DNA of 19,783 nucleotides from Chthonomonadales bacterium (GTDB lineage Bacteria; Armatimonadota; Chthonomonadetes; Chthonomonadales; Chthonomonadaceae): NCBI GenBank assembly GCA_038217285.1, contig JBBQPO010000093.1, positions 1 to 19,783 of the forward strand, read 5' to 3'. Shown piece by piece: positions 14,718 to 19,783 of this stretch (position 1 is its first letter; each line of letters starts with the position of its first letter). The notes under the pieces were generated by a model. It saw only the letters and a program-made list of their open reading frames with translations, ran no database searches and was not told where the DNA came from. The position numbers and the translations under genes were made by a program.

Positions 14718-16327
14718 ATGGCTCGTAAGGCTACCTATACAGTCAACAAGAACGGAGCCGCGAGCGGAGCCAACCTGGGTTTCGAGCAGACGTTGTGGGC
14801 GGCGGCGGATAAGCTGCGCGGGCATGTCGATCCCAGCGAGTACAAGCATGTCGTGCTCGGTCTCATCTTCCTGAAGTATATCTCCGATGCCTTCGAGGAG
14901 AAATACAACGAACTGACTCTGCTTGTGCAGGACCCGCAAAGCGAGTTTTATATTGCCGAGGAGTCCCTACGCTATCAAGTGACCGAAGACAGGGACGAGT
15001 ACAGGGCCGAAAACGTTTTCTGGGTGCCGGAGACAGCGCGGTGGGCGTACATTCGGTCCAACGCCAAGCAGCCCACCATCGGCAAAATCATCGACGATGC
15101 GATGGAAGCCATCGAGAAGGAGAACCCGACGCTCAAGGGCGTACTCTCCAAAGACTATGCGCGTCCAACGCTGGATAAGCACAAATTGGGCGAACTGGTC
15201 GATATCCTCAGCGCCATCGGGCTGGGCGACCGGGAGAGCCGCAGCAAGGATATTCTGGGCCGGGTCTACGAGTATTTTCTCGGTGAGTTCGCCGGTCAGG
15301 AGGGGCGAGCGGGCGGCGATCACTTTACACCGCGCTGCGTGGTGCGTCTTCTGGTGGAGATGATCGAGCCGTTCAAAGGGCGTGTCTACGATCCCTGCTG
15401 TGGGTCGGCGGGGATGTTCGTGCAGAGCGAGGAGTTCATCAAGGAGCATGGCGGCAAGATCAACGATCTCGCTGTCTACGGCCAGGAGAGCAACCCCACG
15501 ACATGGCGGCTGGCCCGCATGAACCTCGCCATCCGGGGCATCGAGGGGCCAACCTCGGCCCTCACAACGCCGATACCTTCCACAACGACCTGCACCGCGA
15601 CCTCAAAGCCGACTTCATCCTCGCCAATCCGCAGTTCAACACCAGCGACTGGGGCGGCGACCGTCTGCGCCAGGATGTGCGCTGGAAGTACGGTGTGCCG
15701 CCGGTCGGTAACGCCAACTTCGCCTGGGTCGAGCATATCCTCCATCACCTCGCCCCTAACGGCATCACCGGCTTCGTCCTCGCCAATGGCTCCCTCTCTT
15801 CCAATACGAGCGGAGAAGGCGACATCCGCAAGAACATCATCGAGGCCGATCTGGTGGACTGCATCGTCGCCCTGCCCCCGCAGCTTTTCTATGGGACGAC
15901 CATCCCGGCCTGCCTCTGGTTCCTCGCTCGCAACAAGGCGGACGGCAAGTTCCGCCCCCGTAAAGGCGAGACGCTCTTTCTCGACGCGCGCAAGTTGGGC
16001 GTCCTGATAGATCGCACCCACCGCGAACTGCCGAAAGAGGAGGTGAAACGCATCGCGGACACCTTCCATGCGTGGCGCGGTGAACTGTTGGCAGGCGCGT
16101 ATGCGGACGTTCCCGGCTTTGCGAAAAGCGCAACTCTGGCGGACATCACCGAACACGGCTTTGTCCTGACGCCGGGTCGCTACGTCGGTGCCGAGGACGT
16201 AGAGGAAGACAGCGAGGTATTCGCAGAGAAATTCGCCCGCCTGACGGAGCAGTTGACCGCACAGTTCGCCGAGTCCGCCCGTCTCGAAGCCGCCATCGTC
16301 GAAAACCTGCGAGGCCTGAAGCTGTGA
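14718..16327 (+). pseudogene. hsdM: Type I restriction-modification methyltransferase subunit M, frameshifted
   Basis: The first frame has [38 protein letters not shown] and motif [11 protein letters not shown]. The second frame has [18 protein letters not shown] and LTPGRYVG. The frames join at the G4 run 15545-15548; removing 2 G restores [13 protein letters not shown] and a 535-aa protein. Confidence 0.92.
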
Positions 16328-17367
16328 GCGAGGATCTGCTTCCGACCTCATCGGAGACCTTCAGCCGCATTCGCGCCGTGTTGATGGAGGCCCGCCGTGC
16401 TGCCATTGCTGCCGTCAACACCGCGATGGTGCAGGCGTACTGGGATATCGGACGCGAAATCGTTGAAGAGGAGCAGCGCGGCAGCCAGCGCGCCGACTAC
16501 GGCGCACGCCTGCTCGAAACCCTCGCCGCACAACTCACGGCGGAGTTCGGGAAGGGCTTTGATGCCTCCAACCTGCGCGCAATGCGACTTGTATATCTCG
16601 CTTTTCCAATTCGTGGCGCACTGCGCCACGAATTGAGTTGGACGCACTATCGCCTCCTCTGTCGGCTAGACAACCAAGCGGCACGACAGTTCTATCTGAC
16701 GGAAGCCATCACATCCCGCTGGTCTACCCGCGAACTGGAACGACAAATCCACTCGTTCCTCTATGAGCGCATCGCCGCTTCCCGCGATCAAGAGGGCGTC
16801 CGACGCCTCGCTGAGCAGGGCGCGGAGCCGTTCACCCCGCAAGACCTCCTCCGCGATCCGTTCGTCCTGGAATTTACCGGTCTTCCCGAACGTGGGCAGT
16901 GGCAGGAGAACGATCTGGAGCAAGCCCTGATGGATCGCTTGCAGAACTTTCTTCTGGAACTGGGGCGCGACCTTCACCTGGTAGCACGACAGAAACGCAT
17001 CACCATCGACGGCGATCACTTTTACGTCGATCTTGTCTTCTATCATCGTCTGCTGCGTTGCTTCGTCCTGATCGATCTGAAAACCGGCCGACTGACACAG
17101 CAGGACATCGGGCAGATGCTCCTCTACGTGGGCTACTACGAGGCAGAAGAGACGCGCCCCGACGAAAACCCACCTGTCGGCATTCTCCTCGGTACCGGCA
17201 AAAACGAAGCAGCCGTGCGCTATACCCTCGGGGAACGCGCAAAGCAAGTCTTCGCCGCCCGCTACCAACTGCACCTACCCACCGAGGAAGAACTGACCAT
17301 CGAAATCCAGCGCGAACTCGCCGCCCTCTCCATCCACCAGCAAAAGGAGGAGACGCCCAATGACTGA
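16324..17367 (+). CDS. yhcG: YhcG/DUF1016 family PD-(D/E)XK nuclease-domain protein
   Basis: Motifs [22 protein letters not shown], FGKGF-x-x-SNL-x-x-[49 protein letters not shown] and GQM. GTGA overlap with the hsdM stop. Confidence 0.93.
   Translation: MSEDLLPTSSETFSRIRAVLMEARRAAIAAVNTAMVQAYWDIGREIVEEEQRGSQRADYGARLLETLAAQLTAEFGKGFDASNLRAMRLVYLAFPIRGALRHELSWTHYRLLCRLDNQAARQFYLTEAITSRWSTRELERQIHSFLYERIAASRDQEGVRRLAEQGAEPFTPQDLLRDPFVLEFTGLPERGQWQENDLEQALMDRLQNFLLELGRDLHLVARQKRITIDGDHFYVDLVFYHRLLRCFVLIDLKTGRLTQQDIGQMLLYVGYYEAEETRPDENPPVGILLGTGKNEAAVRYTLGERAKQVFAARYQLHLPTEEELTIEIQRELAALSIHQQKEETPND
16607..16635. repeat. Perfect 29-bp palindrome (14-bp arms, 1-nt centre) inside the yhcG coding sequence
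   Basis: CAATTCGTGGCGCA-C-TGCGCCACGAATTG; the arms are exact reverse complements. It encodes (P)IRGALRHEL. Confidence 0.95.
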
Positions 17368-17418
17368 TCTTGTCTGTTTTTATTTTTCCGTCGCCCAGGA
17401 TCTGCGAGGACTGACTCC

Positions 17419-17462
17419 ATGAGCGACTGGCAAATCTTTAGTTTAGGCGAACTTACCACTAA
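17419..17462 (+). pseudogene. hsdS: 5' stub of the Type I specificity subunit, truncated by an IS
   Basis: SD GAGGA then ATG 17419 gives MSDWQIFSLGELTT, matching the typical HsdS start 'MS-x-W-x-x-x-x-LGE'. It sits at the expected position after hsdM-yhcG and is cut by the IS at 17463. Confidence 0.7.
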
Positions 17463-18826
17463 GGCATCACGCAGTAATTATCGCCTGATCTGTGCTTCCG
17501 TCTCGTAACCTTGGATGGATCGTGTAATTCCATTCCGGATGGAAATCGGCACGCTCAATGTTCAAGCTCTCAAACTCAGCCTCCGTCACTTTGAGGGCCG
17601 TGGCATACGCGCGAGTATCCAATTCACAACGAACCGTTAAACCCGTCGTCGTCGTCGTAGAACTGATCAACTCCACGACCGCCAGACGACTCGTCAGAGG
17701 CTTTCCGCGCCAGTTTTGCGAAATCTGACAGAAGAGACGGTGTTCGATCTTGTTCCACTTGGAGGTACCAGGAGGATAATGAGAAACCGTCATCGCCATC
17801 CCCGTCTCGTCGGCGAAGGATTGCAACTCATGTTTCCACAGGCGTAAACGCGAACCATTGGAACCGCCGCCGTCGGCGGTGATGAGAAGGCGGGTCGCAT
17901 CAGGATAACGCAGACACCCCATCTTCTCCCACCAGAGGCGCAGACTGTTGACCGCAAACTCCGCTGTGTCGTGATCGATGCCGACCGTGACCCAACCGGC
18001 GTTGGCACTCACATCATAGATGCCGTGAGGAATAGCCTTGCCCAACTCCTTATCCATAAAGTCGTGGGTACGCACCAGATCCGGGCATCCGGTGGCACGA
18101 TAGTCGCTGCCAGCGTTCTTGAAATCGCCCACGATCTCCTTTTTCTTGGTATTCACCGAGAGAACGGGCTCGTTTTGGGCGGCAAAGGCAGCGGCTTGGG
18201 CGTTGATGAATTCAAACTGTGCGTCCCGGTCGGGATGGCTGGCACCTTCCTGGGTTTTGCGATTGGCCTGCCGCTGGAAGCCAATCTGCTCCAAGAGGAC
18301 AGACACGGTGTTGGCACAGAGAGTGTGTCCCATCTCCTTGAGGGCTGCGGCCAATTTGGCATGGCTCTTGGAGACCCAGAGCAAGGCTCGCATCGGATCG
18401 CCCCTGGTGGCGGGTTCCACCAGGGAACTCAGATCTGCAAGAAGGGTGGGACAACTCTGTGCGCGCGAAGGCCGTCCGGCTCCACTGCGGCGCACAGTGT
18501 CGGTGAGTGGGTTCGGATCGTCAAGATCCAGCAGTCCCCGGCTGATGGTGGTGGGGGCGATGGCGGTGGCTCTCGCCACGATGGATATGCCTCCATATCC
18601 GAGGGCGCGGGCTTCGGAGGCAGCAAAGAGGCGTCGTTGTCGTTCGTCCAGATGATCGCGTAGCGCCAGGAAGCGCAGGCGGATCGCATTTTCGGTATCC
18701 ATAGACTTCCCTACGCAATGAGAGGGGAAGAAGGCGTCCGGATTTTACCGGTAACGTCTCCAACAACGCAGGAGAGAAGCCGCTTTGGCGGGATCGGAAT
18801 TCCGGCGATAATTATTGCGCCTTGCC
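17463..18826 (-). mobile_element. ISAzo13-family insertion sequence, 1364 bp
   Basis: Terminal IRs are GGCATCACGCAGTAATTATCGCC (17463-17485) and GGCAAGGCGCAATAATTATCGCC (reverse complement of 18804-18826), 19/23 identical. The element is flanked on both sides by TAA (17460-17462, 18827-18829). Confidence 0.92.
17467..18702 (-). CDS. ISAzo13-family (Rhodopirellula-type DDE) transposase, probably inactive
   Basis: 411 aa with LDERQRRL, GYGGIS, TRGDPM, HPDRDAQF, DHDTAEFAV, LLITADGGGSNG and HYPPGTSKWNKIEHRLF. The family motif SVDTKKKE reads SVNTKKKE here. Confidence 0.93.
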   Translation of the reverse strand: MDTENAIRLRFLALRDHLDERQRRLFAASEARALGYGGISIVARATAIAPTTISRGLLDLDDPNPLTDTVRRSGAGRPSRAQSCPTLLADLSSLVEPATRGDPMRALLWVSKSHAKLAAALKEMGHTLCANTVSVLLEQIGFQRQANRKTQEGASHPDRDAQFEFINAQAAAFAAQNEPVLSVNTKKKEIVGDFKNAGSDYRATGCPDLVRTHDFMDKELGKAIPHGIYDVSANAGWVTVGIDHDTAEFAVNSLRLWWEKMGCLRYPDATRLLITADGGGSNGSRLRLWKHELQSFADETGMAMTVSHYPPGTSKWNKIEHRLFCQISQNWRGKPLTSRLAVVELISSTTTTTGLTVRCELDTRAYATALKVTEAEFESLNIERADFHPEWNYTIHPRLRDGSTDQAIITA

Positions 18827-18971
18827 TAATGGTGCGGGCGGTATCGTATGTGCTGCGTGCCTTCTTCGATTTCTCTTGCGCGTCCATGATGGAAACGAGG
18901 ACGTCCGTCTTCACTTGCAATCGTCTTTGTACAGCGGGATCAAGTGCGGGACGATGCGGCAAACTACGCAG
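18827..18971 (-). pseudogene. 5' remnant of the gene coupled to the AAA ATPase, probably an HNH endonuclease (PtuB-like), truncated at the IS
   Basis: The frame overlapping the ATPase stop reads (L/M)RSLPHRPALDPAVQRRLQVKTD...ARSTYDTART. Its position and N-terminal style fit ATPase-coupled HNH genes. The HNH motif itself is absent, and the start codon reads CTG. Confidence 0.45.
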
Positions 18972-19646
18972 GGATCGCTTCTTCCGGCAGATCATCGAAT
19001 ACGATCTCGACCTGTTCCGATAGTTCTGTATACTTCTTCTCTGCGGCGGAGGGCAGGCTTCCCTGGGCGTTGCGCTGTGCCGCCAGACGTTCCCACTCCT
19101 CGACAAGCCGCTCCGCCTGGGGACTCCAGGTGTGTTTCAACCCGAACGCCTCTCCCAACAGTACCTTCTCTGCGTTCCCGAGCGTAATACGCTTTTGCTC
19201 ATGCGGATTCAGCCGACGGATCCGGCGACCGAAGGCGATTTCATCGGGCAAGGGCAAAACGAAGAGCCCACCTTCATCGGCCGCCTGCGCGATGAGAGGA
19301 CTGTGCGTGGTGAGGAAGAACTGAACCTGTGGAAACCGGGTTTTAAACCACTCACAGATCAGCCGCTGCCAGGACGGATGCAGATGCGCTTCGACTTCAT
19401 CAATCAGAATGACACCAGGTTTGTTGACGATAGTGTGACCCTGCTCGTCCTTTTCAAAGAGGTTTTTCCCGGGATAGGCCAGCGCCATACTATGTACCAT
19501 GTCCAGCATCAGCGCGAACGTGCTACGGCAGCCGTCACTCAGATCGCGCATCGGCAGATCGCCGCCATTGGGGGTTGTCATATAGACGTGATCGACGGAA
19601 ACTTTGGCAATCCGGAAGCCTTATGGCAGCAGTCCATCGTTAATAA
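18964..19646 (-). pseudogene. 3' part of an ABC/AAA_21-type ATPase (PtuA/Septu-like), disrupted
   Basis: Signature LSDGCRS, Walker B/D-loop VILIDEVEAHLHPSWQ and H-loop FFLTTHSP are present. The frame extends upstream of ATG 19581 as INDGLLP*GFRIAKVSVDHVY, with an in-frame TAA at 19621-19623, and is cut by an IS end at 19647. Walker A is absent from the window. Confidence 0.85.
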
Positions 19647-19783
19647 CTCACCTTACGCAGGCACTCCGATTTGCTTGAGTTCCTGCAGTTGCTTAAACGC
19701 ACTGGCCAACGCACTCTGGTAAATCTTGGCTTTCATGGCGTGGTGGTTCATCTTGGTCTGAAGCCGAAGCTTCTCCAACTTCA
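19647..19783 (-). mobile_element. Right end of an IS701-family insertion sequence inserted in the ATPase gene
   Basis: The terminal sequence CTCACCTTACGCAG at 19647-19660 abuts an AT-rich target (TTAATAA). The transposase stop codon lies within this IR. Confidence 0.75.
19653..19781 (-). CDS. C-terminal fragment of an IS701-family transposase (5' part outside window)
   Basis: Manual translation KLEKLRLQTKMNHHAMKAKIYQSALASAFKQLQELKQIGVPA* matches the 'KLE-x-L...NHFA-x-K-x-K-x-Y-x-x-AL-x-x-AF-x-x-L' C-terminus I recall for IS701-family transposases. Confidence 0.75.
   Translation of the reverse strand, partial: KLEKLRLQTKMNHHAMKAKIYQSALASAFKQLQELKQIGVPA

Noticed and set aside
15503-16327. Second hsdM ORF as an independent gene (two-MTase Type I system)
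   Set aside because: The two ORFs are complementary halves of one HsdM (motif I in the first, motif IV in the second) joined by a single frameshift.
18711-19106. 131-aa minus-strand ORF as a real gene
   Set aside because: It is a chimera of an alternative frame of the ATPase end, the HNH-like stub and read-through into the IS end.

Overview
GC-rich bacterial chromosomal window. The gene content is reminiscent of a diderm such as Armatimonadota, but that is inference only. Left part, minus strand: the 5' end of a probable IS5-family element, hisC, an ApgM-type phosphoglycerate mutase, a DUF1992 protein, murQ and a secreted lytic-transglycosylase-like protein. Middle: two back-to-back sigma70-like promoters drive an uncharacterised envelope module. 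Leftward are a 1035-aa outer-membrane beta-barrel with a SprA-like insert and a secreted LecA/PA-IL-like protein; rightward are a Zn-ribbon/TPR membrane protein, a secreted TPR protein and uxuA. Right part: a decaying defence island. It holds a frameshifted Type I hsdM (motif IV reads NPQF), an intact YhcG/DUF1016 nuclease gene containing a perfect 29-bp coding palindrome, and a 14-codon hsdS stub. These are followed by a full-length ISAzo13-family element (IRs, TAA flanks, first catalytic Asp changed to Asn), remnants of a Septu-like AAA-ATPase/HNH pair, and the end of an IS701-family element inserted in that ATPase. No rRNA, tRNA or CRISPR array was recognised.
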